A stretch of 64,000 nt of DNA, taken from Bacillota bacterium (GTDB lineage: Bacteria > Bacillota > Desulfotomaculia > Desulfotomaculales > Pelotomaculaceae). A model generated the notes under the pieces. It had not been told where the DNA came from, did not search any database, and saw nothing but the letters and a program-made list of their open reading frames with translations. The position numbers and the translations under genes are program-made. Location: positions 10,993 through 74,992 of the forward strand of contig JAKPTB010000149.1 in NCBI GenBank assembly GCA_029555205.1, given 5' to 3'. Below, one piece after another: positions 40,577 through 49,449 of the stretch (positions are counted from its first letter, which is position 1; each line of letters starts with the position of its first letter).

Positions 40577-41977
40577 ATGTTAAACCGGCTCTTGCGTACT
40601 ATATTTATGGCTATGATCTTGATTATGACCATACCGGCTTTTGCCCGGGCGGAAGAAGCGGCCGGTGCTGCTGCGGGGGCTGCCGTCGATACAGGTGACA
40701 CGGCGTTCATTCTCATCTCCGCGGCACTGGTCATGCTGATGACGCCCGGCCTGGCTCTTTTTTACGGCGGCATGTCCCGGACGAAACATGTACTAAGCAC
40801 AATCATGTATAGTTTAATAGCTCTGGGTGCTGTCAGTGTCCAGTGGGTAATGCTTGGTTACAGTCTCTCTTTTGGACCGGACGTGGGCAGTTTGCTGGGA
40901 AGCCTGGACTGGCTGGGGCTGAAAGGTGTCGGCCTGAAGCCGAGTGATTCCTACGCTACCACGGTACCGCATCAGGCTTTTATGGTTTTTCAAATGATGT
41001 TTGCGGTTATTACAGCGGCTCTGATATCCGGGGCTGTTGCGGAAAGGATGCGTTTTTCCGCATTTCTGGCCTTCATCCTGTTCTGGACGACGTTTATTTA
41101 CGACCCCGTTGCCCACTGGGTCTGGGGCGGGGGCTGGCTGGCTCAAATCGGGGCTCTCGACTTTGCCGGCGGTACCGTTGTTCATATTCTGTCGGGTGTT
41201 TCCGGCCTTGTGGCCTGCATCATCATCGGCAAGCGGAAGGGGTACGGCAGTGAGCCCATGATTCCCCACAACCTGCCCATGACCGTCACGGGGGCAGCGC
41301 TGCTCTGGTTTGGCTGGTTTGGTTTCAATGCGGGCAGTGCCCTTATGGCGGACGGTAGAGCCGTCAGCGCCTTTGTTGTAACCCACGTAGCCACGGCCTC
41401 GGCACTGGTTTCCTGGATAACTGTTGAATGGATCCGCCACGGCAGGCCCACCGTCCTCGGCGCCGTCTCCGGCGCAGTTGCAGGCCTGGTGGCGATCACC
41501 CCCGCCTCTGGTTTTGTTGACCCCATTGCAGCTATCATTATCGGCCTGGTTGCAGGTGCGGTGTGCTGCCTGGCAGTCAGTTCCCTAAAAAGAAAGCTGG
41601 GTTACGACGACTCCCTCGATGCCTTCGGCGTACATGGTATAGGCGGGACATGGGGGGCCCTGGCCACCGGTATCTTTGCCAACCCGGCTGTAAATGAATT
41701 GGGCGCCGGACTCTTGTACGGCAACGCCAACCAGGTGGTCATCCAGCTAATCAGTATCGTTGCCAGCTGGGCGGTGGCAGCGCTGGGAACCTTCGCAATT
41801 CTAAAGCTCATTGGACTTGTTATCCGCCTGCGTGCTACCGATGAAGAACAGGAAGCCGGCCTGGATATATCACAGCATGGGGAAGATGCTTATACTGGTT
41901 TAGCCTCGGGCACTCCCTTAGGCGCCGGCGGGCTACCTGCCGTCCAGGCTTCCAGTGTGATGAAACCTGCCTTATAG
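40577..41977 (+). CDS. amtB: ammonium transporter
   Basis: Signal peptide, then DTGDTAFILISAALVMLMTPGLALFYGG...FAGGTVVH...AFGVHGIGG. Confidence 0.95.
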   Translation: MLNRLLRTIFMAMILIMTIPAFARAEEAAGAAAGAAVDTGDTAFILISAALVMLMTPGLALFYGGMSRTKHVLSTIMYSLIALGAVSVQWVMLGYSLSFGPDVGSLLGSLDWLGLKGVGLKPSDSYATTVPHQAFMVFQMMFAVITAALISGAVAERMRFSAFLAFILFWTTFIYDPVAHWVWGGGWLAQIGALDFAGGTVVHILSGVSGLVACIIIGKRKGYGSEPMIPHNLPMTVTGAALLWFGWFGFNAGSALMADGRAVSAFVVTHVATASALVSWITVEWIRHGRPTVLGAVSGAVAGLVAITPASGFVDPIAAIIIGLVAGAVCCLAVSSLKRKLGYDDSLDAFGVHGIGGTWGALATGIFANPAVNELGAGLLYGNANQVVIQLISIVASWAVAALGTFAILKLIGLVIRLRATDEEQEAGLDISQHGEDAYTGLASGTPLGAGGLPAVQASSVMKPAL

Positions 41978-42116
41978 GCTGGTGCGGAGCCCGGGGCGAA
42001 GGCTTCCGGAATAAGCTTTGGGCTTTCAAATATAAGAAGAAGGATGTGGCAAAGAGAAAACCAAACTGCGATCAATGGCTAATAAGGTTTAATAAAGCAG
42101 CAAAGGAGGTAATCCC

Positions 42117-42455
42117 TTGACTAAAATTGAATGCATCCTGCGGCCGGGCAAGCTGGAGAACGTTAAAGAGGCAATTAACAACTACGGTATTCACGGGATG
42201 ACTGTAACCCAGGTGATTGGCTGCGGGCTGCAGAAGGGGCGCACTGAGGTTTACCGCGGAACCGAGTACAGTATTAACCTTTTGCCGAAAATCAAGCTGG
42301 AAATGGTCGTTCCCGATAAAGATGTGGAAGACATCATCAACATTATCAGTATAGCGGCCCATACCGGGGAAATTGGTGACGGCAAAATCTTTACTTATAA
42401 AATTGACAATGCCCTTCGAATCAGGACCGGTGAAACCGGAGACATTGCTATTTAG
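42117..42455 (+). CDS. glnB: P-II nitrogen regulatory protein
   Basis: 112 aa with a TTG start. KIECILRPGKLENVKEAL-type N-terminus, T-loop GRTEVYRGTEY, and DGKIF...RIRTGE. Confidence 0.95.
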   Translation: MTKIECILRPGKLENVKEAINNYGIHGMTVTQVIGCGLQKGRTEVYRGTEYSINLLPKIKLEMVVPDKDVEDIINIISIAAHTGEIGDGKIFTYKIDNALRIRTGETGDIAI

Positions 42456-42603
42456 CCTGATGAGAACTAAAGTAACCAGGTTGTTATATTTTTAGCAATA
42501 TTTACCTGAAGGGTAGAGCGGAAGCTTTAAAGGGCTTGTATTAAAAACAATTATAAAATTCATTTGTTGCACTTTATGGATGTGGATTTGAATTATTCAG
42601 GCA

Positions 42604-42648
42604 AGGACGTCTGCGGCTCCAGGGAAAAGCAGGCGTCCTATTCTTTTC
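42604..42648 (+). terminator. probable amtB-glnB terminator
   Basis: AGGACGTCTGC...GCAGGCGTCCT 11-bp stem followed by attcttttct. Confidence 0.55.
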
Positions 42649-42906
42649 TCCAAAACAATCATCTCCTTTCCCCCAGTTGCCCAAAAGATCCCTGGCGGTT
42701 ATTTTTTCTTATTTTATTATTTTATCCATCCGTTATAATGGATTTAAAATGAGTCCCCAATAGTGGCTGGTGGCCTTGAGGTTTGTTTGCTTTATAGTTC
42801 ACGTCGGGTGTGAACATTCCCCGCTCAGGGGAGGAAGGCGCCCGGCTTTAATACCAATTTTCATCCCTCTGCTGGTACCACTTCAGCGGTAAAGGTGTTC
42901 TATATT

Positions 42907-43015
42907 AAAAAAATGGAGAGCCCCAGCTACAAGCCAGGGCTTCCTTTAGGGGGAAGAAGCGGAATCGAACCGCGTAGCGGGCCCCGGACCTCGCTGTGTT
43001 CCCGACACTCTTCCC
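42907..43015 (-). ncRNA. tRNA-like small RNA (8-bp acceptor-like stem and canonical T-arm, no anticodon arm) with its own terminator
   Basis: GGGAAGAG...GCGG-UUCGAUU-CCGC-UUCUUCCC at 43015..42951. A terminator hairpin at 42944..42915 is followed by U7 at 42913..42907. Confidence 0.55.
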
Positions 43016-43022
43016 GGGAATC

Positions 43023-43050
43023 ATTATACCATCAATTACCAGTATTTGAA
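43023..43050 (-). promoter_or_regulatory. extended -10 promoter of the tRNA-like RNA
   Basis: On the minus strand: TTCAAA, 16-nt spacer, TGgTATAAT. The RNA 5' GGG begins 7-8 nt downstream. Confidence 0.55.
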
Positions 43051-43174
43051 ATATATAATTATTTGTTAATGGAATAGTAGCTTTGGATGAACCAGCAGAT
43101 AAAGGAACCCGGGGTGGGGAAGTTTTACGAAGAGCAGAAGGACAGGCCAGGGTATTGAAATACTTTTTTGGAGC

Positions 43175-43203
43175 GCGAACTTCAGGGACATCTGCAGCGT
43201 CTA
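43175..43203 (+). promoter_or_regulatory. ECF-type autoregulated promoter candidate
   Basis: GAAC, 17-nt spacer, CGTC, about 40 nt upstream of the ECF sigma gene. Confidence 0.4.
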
Positions 43204-43242
43204 TAGATTATAAACCGCTTTAAAGCGTTAAGATAAACGGGG

Positions 43243-43797
43243 ATGACGGGAGTAAGAATCTTGCCGGAAAAGAATCTGATCGCAGCAGCCCAATCAGGAG
43301 ATAGTGATGCCTTTACCCAGCTGGTGCAAAGGTATTCTTCGGACGCGTACCGTACAGCGTACATGGTTCTGCACGACCGCGAAGATGTGGAAGACGTGGT
43401 CCAGGAAGCTTTTTTAACCTGCTACAGGAAAATAAATACATTCCGAATGGATTCTTCCTTTAAGACATGGTTGTACCGGATTGTGGTAAACCTGTGTTAT
43501 GACCGGATCCGCAAGCGGAGTCGCGAAAGAGCGGCATTCCAAAGGGTGTCTATTAATATGAAGACCGGGTATAGAGATATGTCGGATATAGAAAAGCGCA
43601 TAGACTTGAAGGAAGTTATAGCAACATTGAATCCTGACTACCGGATTACCCTTACCCTTTATTATGGGATGGACTTCAGCGTGCAAAAAGTTGCAGAGGT
43701 ACTGGGCATTCCGGTGGGCACTGTGAAATCCAGATTGAATTCCGCACGCAACTTGCTTAAAGAACGCTTGGAAAGAGGACATAAGTATGCGTTGTGA
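43243..43797 (+). CDS. ECF-subfamily RNA polymerase sigma-70 factor
   Basis: Region 2 (DVVQEAFL...YRIVVNLCYD) and region 4 (KVAEVLGIPVGTVKSRL), 184 aa. Confidence 0.9.
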   Translation: MTGVRILPEKNLIAAAQSGDSDAFTQLVQRYSSDAYRTAYMVLHDREDVEDVVQEAFLTCYRKINTFRMDSSFKTWLYRIVVNLCYDRIRKRSRERAAFQRVSINMKTGYRDMSDIEKRIDLKEVIATLNPDYRITLTLYYGMDFSVQKVAEVLGIPVGTVKSRLNSARNLLKERLERGHKYAL

Positions 43798-45019
43798 AGA
43801 ATATCTGCCCATGCTTAACGAATTGCTCAATAAAACACTCACTCCCGGGGAAAGAAGGGGAGTGGAGGCGCATCTGGCGGTCTGCGAGGGTTGCCGGAAC
43901 GAGTTTCAAAGACTTAAAAGGGCTGATGAACTGCTACGGGAAGCTGTTTCTGACATGTTTTCGGAAATCGAGGTTCCTGCCGATCTTTCCAGCCGTATTG
44001 AAGAAGTCATCAAGAAGGAGCGGAAAAAAACTGCACGGCTGGCACATGCCAGGTGGTTGCCGGCATTTTTAAAGGTCCCGGCGGTTGCGGCGGCTCTGCT
44101 TTTATTTGTTGCAGCCGGTACCTTCGGCTACAGGTACATCTTTGCTCCGCCCCTGAAGCAGTCCCAGGTTGTTTTGCAGGAGCCCGTGGCCGACAATGAA
44201 TCAAAACCGTTCATGTCCCCGGATGGATCGGATTTGCCGGCCGAGTCCTTAAAAAGCGGGGAAACCTACGGATCCGGGGATGTCCAGAAAGAGTCTGCAC
44301 CGGTTGAGCCCCAGGATACCCCGCCGGCGCCCAAACCGGGGGAACCCCGGAAGCCGGTGTCCGGTAACGAGGCCGAAATAAACCTTGCCCGGGAGGGCGC
44401 TCCCCCCGGAAAAGGCGGGGATTCAGAGCCTGGGCCTGTCACAGAACGGCGCGCCGGTGGCGGCGCAGCTGTTCAAAGAAATGCCGGGCAACCGGCAGAT
44501 TCCGCTCAGTCGGCGGATTCCACCGGGCCGGTGCCAACTGGGACACAGGAAGACCTGTCCCTGTTTGCGGCAGGTGCGCCTGGCGCAAATGTAGAGGATG
44601 GAGAAATCCAGGCTTCGGAGAAGGACGGTTTTGCCCGGGACGCCCAGCAGGATGCGGCAAAAGAGGTGGGTTTTGTTTGCCTGGAACCGGCCTACCTGCC
44701 CCGGGGGACGGAACTCCAGGATGTGACCTGGCTATCCGGTACAGTTTGCCAGAACTACCTGGTTGGTCAGCTTTCTTTCCGGATCTGCCAGGGACTGGCG
44801 AAAGCCCCTATGGCTGAAATTGAATCAGCTTCAAAGGATTCTTCCGCTCTTGAAATAAACGGTGTCAAAGGCATCCTTAAGGAGAAGAAGCCGGGGGACG
44901 AAGAGGGGACTTCCAGAGGTTATACCACAATAACCTGGCAGCAGGGTGAATTACTGATCACCGTGGGTGGGGAGTTGCCCAGGGAGGAACTGGTCAAAAT
45001 TGCTTCTTCCTTGAGGTAA
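43787..45019 (+). CDS. anti-sigma factor (zf-HC2 N-terminus, one TM, Pro/Gly-rich linker, DUF4367-like C-domain)
   Basis: MRCEEYLPMLNE...HLAVCEGCRNEF. It overlaps the end of the sigma gene. Confidence 0.8.
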   Translation: MRCEEYLPMLNELLNKTLTPGERRGVEAHLAVCEGCRNEFQRLKRADELLREAVSDMFSEIEVPADLSSRIEEVIKKERKKTARLAHARWLPAFLKVPAVAAALLLFVAAGTFGYRYIFAPPLKQSQVVLQEPVADNESKPFMSPDGSDLPAESLKSGETYGSGDVQKESAPVEPQDTPPAPKPGEPRKPVSGNEAEINLAREGAPPGKGGDSEPGPVTERRAGGGAAVQRNAGQPADSAQSADSTGPVPTGTQEDLSLFAAGAPGANVEDGEIQASEKDGFARDAQQDAAKEVGFVCLEPAYLPRGTELQDVTWLSGTVCQNYLVGQLSFRICQGLAKAPMAEIESASKDSSALEINGVKGILKEKKPGDEEGTSRGYTTITWQQGELLITVGGELPREELVKIASSLR

Positions 45020-45313
45020 TCGTTACTAAAGGGATTTAAGCACAGCGTCTGCAGGATAAACCTGCGTGCGCGGTGCTTTTTTTGCATAAGGCTCTGTTAA
45101 AGTATATTGTTTTTTAGACAAAATAGTGAGGTGCTGATATAATAGCACCTCTTACGCATTTTATTGTGAATGTGACCCGGTATTTATATAATTATCAAAA
45201 GCAAGTGGCGCTCATTTTGTGTAGTATTTCCCTTGATAACTAAATTTCGTAGCGTCCATGCCCTTTTTTAACTTCTTTTGCATAAAATATACCACCAGGA
45301 GACAACGGCGTTT

Positions 45314-45347
45314 CCGAAAGAAGCTGCAGCTTCTTTCGGTTTTTTTC
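45314..45347 (+). terminator. leader terminator upstream of the asnB remnant
   Basis: CCGAAAGAAGC-tgca-GCTTCTTTCGG hairpin followed by T8. Confidence 0.75.
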
Positions 45348-45380
45348 TTTGAAAAAATATTGAGAGAGGAGAGCTTAAAA

Positions 45381-45570
45381 ATGTGTGGAAACACTGGTTG
45401 GATCGACTGGGAGGTTGACCTCACCCGGCAGCGCCGTGTCCTGGAAACCATGGTGAAAACGCTGTCCTGCCGCGGGCCGGATGCGGGAGGGAGTGTGGCT
45501 GTTGGTCGACCCGGAAGGAGGAGTCCAGTCGATGATGCGGCGGTACGGGAGCCGCGTCTATACCATCACC
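45381..45570 (+). pseudogene. asnB: remnant of asparagine synthase (glutamine-hydrolysing) N-terminus
   Basis: MCGNTGWIDWEVDLTRQRRVLETMVKTLSCRGPDAGG is followed, after a frameshift or deletion, by VDPEGGVQSMMRRYGSRVYTIT and a stop. Only about 65 of the roughly 600 expected codons remain. Confidence 0.7.
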
Positions 45571-45878
45571 TAAGCTGTTAATCTTTTTCCCATGATGCCT
45601 GCTTACCGTGTAAAGACCGTCAACGGCGCCGGTGTTTACGCAATAACGGCAGTAATTTAAAAAGGTTACAGTACTTTTTACCCCGGGTTATAATCTCTTT
45701 CCAGAGGAAAAAGGGAAAAGCTTAAAACAGAACTTCTTTTTTTGTTGATCATGCTACATCAAACACTTAGCTGAAACATAAGATTTGATGTAAAGCAGAA
45801 ACAGTGCAAATGAAAAAAAACTACTGGTACATTTTGCCTGCCATGACTTAAAAATTCAGAAACAGGGGGTTTTTTTAG

Positions 45879-47009
45879 ATGGCCAAAGGAAGGCTGATTA
45901 AGGTTTTCCCTGGTGGAAACACCGCCTACGGTTTTTACTCATTTTATGATCATATAATCGAACCGGACGCTGCCCGTATTTTCGTAATCAAGGGCGGTCC
46001 GGGCGTGGGTAAGTCCACATTCATGAGGTATATCGGTGAGGCCATGCTGAAAAGGGGCTACGATGTGGAGTTTCACTGCTGCTCATCGGATAACGGTTCA
46101 CTGGACGGAGTCGTTATACCGGTCATCCGTGTGGCCCTGCTTGACGGCACAAGCCCGCATATCGTTGATCCAAAGAATCCGGGTGCAGTGGACCAGATTA
46201 TCCACCTGGGAGACCACTGGAACGAGAAAGGAATCAGGGGAAACAAAAAGGAAATTCTCTCTGTTAACAAAGAACTGGGCCGCCTATTTAAACATGCATA
46301 CGCTTATCTTGCAGCGGCAAAGCTATTCCTTGATGAGGTGGAATCCTACTATAATGAAAGCAACGCTTTTAATGTGGGTGCTTTCGATAAAATGGTTCTG
46401 AATTTAATCCATGAAATCTTTGAGGGAAAGCAAAGGGTTACAGAGAGTCCGAAAGCACGTCACCTTTTTGCCACGGCAATTACTCCGGACGGTTCAGTCA
46501 GTCACCTGGAAACAGTCGTCGATCACCTTCAGAAGCGCTATATTATCAATGGCGATGATGGAACAGGAAAAACTACTTTAGTGAGACGTTTGATGGAGGC
46601 AGCTTTAGCCAGGGGGTTTAACATTACTGCCTTTCACTGTGCGTTAAACCCCAAGGTGATTGATCACCTGGTTATTCACGACCTGAGCCTGGCCATAATT
46701 AACAATGTTGAGCCACACATATACACCCCAAAGGAAGGCGATACCATAATCGATACAATGAACTGCGTTGATCCTGTGATTAATGAAGCCTACCTGGTCG
46801 AAAAAGGCCTGGCCCGCGGAATGTACCGGCAATGTATGGAACAGGCAATTTCTTTCATCAGCAGGGCCAAAAAAACCCACGATGAGATGGAGAAGTATTA
46901 TGTGCCTTTCATGGACTTTGAGGCAATCAACTTAAGAAGGGAAAAGACCCTCCAGCTAATTTTGGATACAGCAGAGCAAATTGATGAGTCAACCCCGGCT
47001 CTGAAATAG
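45879..47009 (+). CDS. PRK06851-like ATPase with two P-loop-like motifs, function unknown
   Basis: GGPGVGKST and GDDGTGKTT motifs, 376 aa. Conserved hypothetical protein in Firmicutes. Confidence 0.65.
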   Translation: MAKGRLIKVFPGGNTAYGFYSFYDHIIEPDAARIFVIKGGPGVGKSTFMRYIGEAMLKRGYDVEFHCCSSDNGSLDGVVIPVIRVALLDGTSPHIVDPKNPGAVDQIIHLGDHWNEKGIRGNKKEILSVNKELGRLFKHAYAYLAAAKLFLDEVESYYNESNAFNVGAFDKMVLNLIHEIFEGKQRVTESPKARHLFATAITPDGSVSHLETVVDHLQKRYIINGDDGTGKTTLVRRLMEAALARGFNITAFHCALNPKVIDHLVIHDLSLAIINNVEPHIYTPKEGDTIIDTMNCVDPVINEAYLVEKGLARGMYRQCMEQAISFISRAKKTHDEMEKYYVPFMDFEAINLRREKTLQLILDTAEQIDESTPALK

Positions 47010-47193
47010 ATAGAAGCTTAAAGGAAGCCAGACAGGCTTCTTTTTCATTAAATCCAGTATACACAGGGATTCTATCTATCTTTTTTGAGGGTGCCGTGTT
47101 AAAATACTGCTAATATTTTTGTAATACAATAAAAGCTTAGCTATTAATTCTGGGTAAGTTATAATTTGAAGTAAAAACTTGAAGGTGCGTCCT

Positions 47194-47778
47194 ATGTTTG
47201 GGACACGAGTAGTCATTGCTGATGCTGACGCCGAATACCGGAAAAAATTAAAGGAAACGTTGCTGCAGGCCGGATACATGGTTGCAGGCAGTGTAGGAGA
47301 CGGGAGAAGCGCCCTCAAGGCTATCTTCCAAACAGAGCCTGATATTATCATTATGGACTCAAAACTTCCGGGTGCCGAGGGTATGGAAATTACCAGGATC
47401 ATTGAGGAGCACCGGGTGGCCCCGTTCCTCCTGTTAGCATCCGGTCCTGAGCAGGAACTGCTGGAGAGCGCAAAATTTTCCTGGGTCTTCGCCATCCTGG
47501 TTAAACCGGTCAACAATGAGCAGCTCTTTACCGCCATAGAACTGGCCATCGCCAACTTTAAAAGAATAATCAAACTGGAAGCAGAAAACAAGCGGCTGAA
47601 AAAAGCCCTGGAAGAAAGAAAACTGGTTGAAAAAGCAAAGGGTTTGATCATGGAGCAAAAAGGTATTTGCGAAAAAGACGCTTACAAGTTATTGCAGAAA
47701 CTCAGCATGAACAGATGCCTGCCAATAGGTAAAATTGCCCGTCAGGTAATAACGTATTATAGTAATAAGAGGGATTAA
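47194..47778 (+). CDS. response regulator with ANTAR RNA-binding output domain (copy 1)
   Basis: Receiver domain (VVIADAD...IIIMDSKLPG) plus ANTAR (ERKLVEKAKGLIMEQKGICEKDAYKLLQKLSMNRCLPIGKIARQVI). Confidence 0.9.
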   Translation: MFGTRVVIADADAEYRKKLKETLLQAGYMVAGSVGDGRSALKAIFQTEPDIIIMDSKLPGAEGMEITRIIEEHRVAPFLLLASGPEQELLESAKFSWVFAILVKPVNNEQLFTAIELAIANFKRIIKLEAENKRLKKALEERKLVEKAKGLIMEQKGICEKDAYKLLQKLSMNRCLPIGKIARQVITYYSNKRD

Positions 47779-47869
47779 AGCGTTTAGTTTGTATACAATA
47801 TTCTTCTGCTTCAAGCATTGATTTTAAATGCAATCATGATATACTAGGTATTAGCAAAATATTTAGCAC

Positions 47870-47925
47870 GGGCAATGACGTCCTGGAAAGACCTTTATGA
47901 AAGGTCTTTCGTGGGGCGTTTTTTA
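47870..47925 (+). promoter_or_regulatory. glnA-1 leader: AAUGAC hexaloop hairpin overlapping a long terminator
   Basis: GGGC-AAUGAC-GUCC. Its 3' arm forms part of ACGUCC-ug-GAAAGACCUUU-aug-AAAGGUCUUUC-gu-GGGGCGU followed by U6. Confidence 0.55.
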
Positions 47926-47949
47926 TTTTGCATGAAAAAAGGTGATAAT

Positions 47950-49275
47950 GTGCTGGGTATTACAACGAAAGAAGAAGTTTTAGAAAAGGCCAAAGAATGT
48001 AATGTCAAATTTATCCGGCTGCAGTTTACCGGTATCTGCGGAGTCTTTAAAAATATTGCGGTTACAGTGGAAGAGCTGGAGAGGGCCCTGGACGGCCAGG
48101 TTATTTTTGATAGTTCTGTTATTGAAGGATTTGTGCAGAACAGGGAAACTGATATTTTTCTTCTTCCGGATCCCTCCACCTTCGAGGTTTTTCCATGGAG
48201 GCCCAGGGATGGCGCGGTGGCCCGCCTGATCTGCGACATCCATGCACCTGGCGGGAAACCCTTTTCCGGTTGCTCCCGCTCCGCCCTCAAGAAAATTGCC
48301 CGGAAGGCGGAGGGTCTAGGATTTCAGCTCCGTGCAGCCGCTCAAATCGAATTTTTTCTATTTCACAATGATTCCAAGGGTCAACCGACCACGGTCACCC
48401 ATGATCAGGCCGGGTATTGTGACCTGTCTCCCGTGGACCTCGGGGAAAACGCCCGGCGGGATATGGTTCTGACCCTGGAGGAGATGGGTTTTGAAATATC
48501 TTCCTCCCACCATGAGATTGCTCCCGGCCAGCATGAGATCTTTATAAAAGAAGACAATGTGCTGGCAACTGCAGATAAGATTGCTACTTTCAAGTTTGTG
48601 GTCCGTACCATAGCCCAGAGGCATGGCCTCCATGCTTCTTTCATGCCGAAGCCCATCGGGGCGGTGAATGGATCCGGTCTGCACCTGCACCAGTCGCTCT
48701 GGCGAGAGGAGGAGAACGCCTTTGATGACCCGTCAGGGCCGCTGGGTCTAAGCTTCACCGCAAGACACTATATCGGCGGCTTGCTGCGGCATGCCCGTGC
48801 CATTACCGCCCTGGCCAACCCCCTTGTGAATTCATATAAGCGTCTCCTGCCTAAAGACCTGTGCCCGGTATTAATTGCCTGGTCGGAAGAAAACAGGAAC
48901 ACAATCATTCGTGTTCCCGCCCAAAGGGGAAATGACACCAGGGTAATTCTGAGAAGTCCGGATCCCGCCTGCAACCCGTACCTGGTACTTGCAGCTGCCC
49001 TGGAGGCAGGTCTTGACGGTATCGTTTCAAAAATAAGTCCCCCGCCGCCGGAAAACCAGCTTGGAGCTGGAAATATGCAGGAAATAATCAAAAGCAGGGG
49101 ACTCCCCCGCAGCCTGGGCGAGGCGCTGCAAGACCTGGCCGGCGACGATTTGCTGCAGGAGGCGCTGGGACAGCATATCTGCAGGCGCTACCAGGAAAGC
49201 AAGGAGCGGGAGTGGGAGCGGTTCCAGTCGGTTGTTCATCAGTGGGAGCTGGATGAATACCTTGTAAGCTACTAA
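47950..49275 (+). CDS. glnA: type I glutamine synthetase (paralogue 1)
   Basis: [14 protein letters not shown]...EFFLF...HHEIAPGQHEI...NSYKRL...IRVP. GTG start chosen to give about 441 aa. Confidence 0.9.
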   Translation: MLGITTKEEVLEKAKECNVKFIRLQFTGICGVFKNIAVTVEELERALDGQVIFDSSVIEGFVQNRETDIFLLPDPSTFEVFPWRPRDGAVARLICDIHAPGGKPFSGCSRSALKKIARKAEGLGFQLRAAAQIEFFLFHNDSKGQPTTVTHDQAGYCDLSPVDLGENARRDMVLTLEEMGFEISSSHHEIAPGQHEIFIKEDNVLATADKIATFKFVVRTIAQRHGLHASFMPKPIGAVNGSGLHLHQSLWREEENAFDDPSGPLGLSFTARHYIGGLLRHARAITALANPLVNSYKRLLPKDLCPVLIAWSEENRNTIIRVPAQRGNDTRVILRSPDPACNPYLVLAAALEAGLDGIVSKISPPPPENQLGAGNMQEIIKSRGLPRSLGEALQDLAGDDLLQEALGQHICRRYQESKEREWERFQSVVHQWELDEYLVSY

Positions 49276-49449
49276 GTTTCTATAAACCTGCCTAAACTTG
49301 AATAAATTCGTCAGTTATCTAAATAAAACCCGGGAGGAGGCTTTGCCAGTAATACAGGGTTAGGGAAGTATTCTTAAATTTATTATTACCTGAGAGTAAT
49401 GGCTTCTTTTAGGACACAGAAAAAGAGTATTGAATAGGAGGATGTTTTT

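Noticed and set aside
40398-40583. 61-aa plus-strand ORF in the amtB leader
   Set aside because: It lies across the terminator hairpins, has no RBS and is Arg/Cys-rich. It is better explained as structured leader RNA.
40814-41440. 208-aa minus-strand ORF
   Set aside because: It is antisense to amtB. It is hydrophilic and low-complexity, opposite a clear ammonium-transporter frame.
42760-42900. SRP RNA or RNase P RNA fragment (GAGGAAGGCGCCCGGC resembles GAGGAAAGUCCGGGC and the SRP GGAAGG motif)
   Set aside because: The resemblance is limited to one purine-rich stretch. The GNRA-capped SRP domain IV helix and the other RNase P conserved regions (for example ACAGAA..GGCUUA) are absent.
42951-43015. 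Canonical tRNA, tRNA-Sec or tmRNA
   Set aside because: At 65 nt it is too short. It has no 7-nt anticodon loop and no UCA anticodon. It is far too small for tmRNA and lacks a tag-reading frame. It is therefore called only tRNA-like.
47076-47651. 191-aa minus-strand ORF
   Set aside because: It is antisense to the ANTAR response regulator gene and Ser/Phe/Leu-rich.
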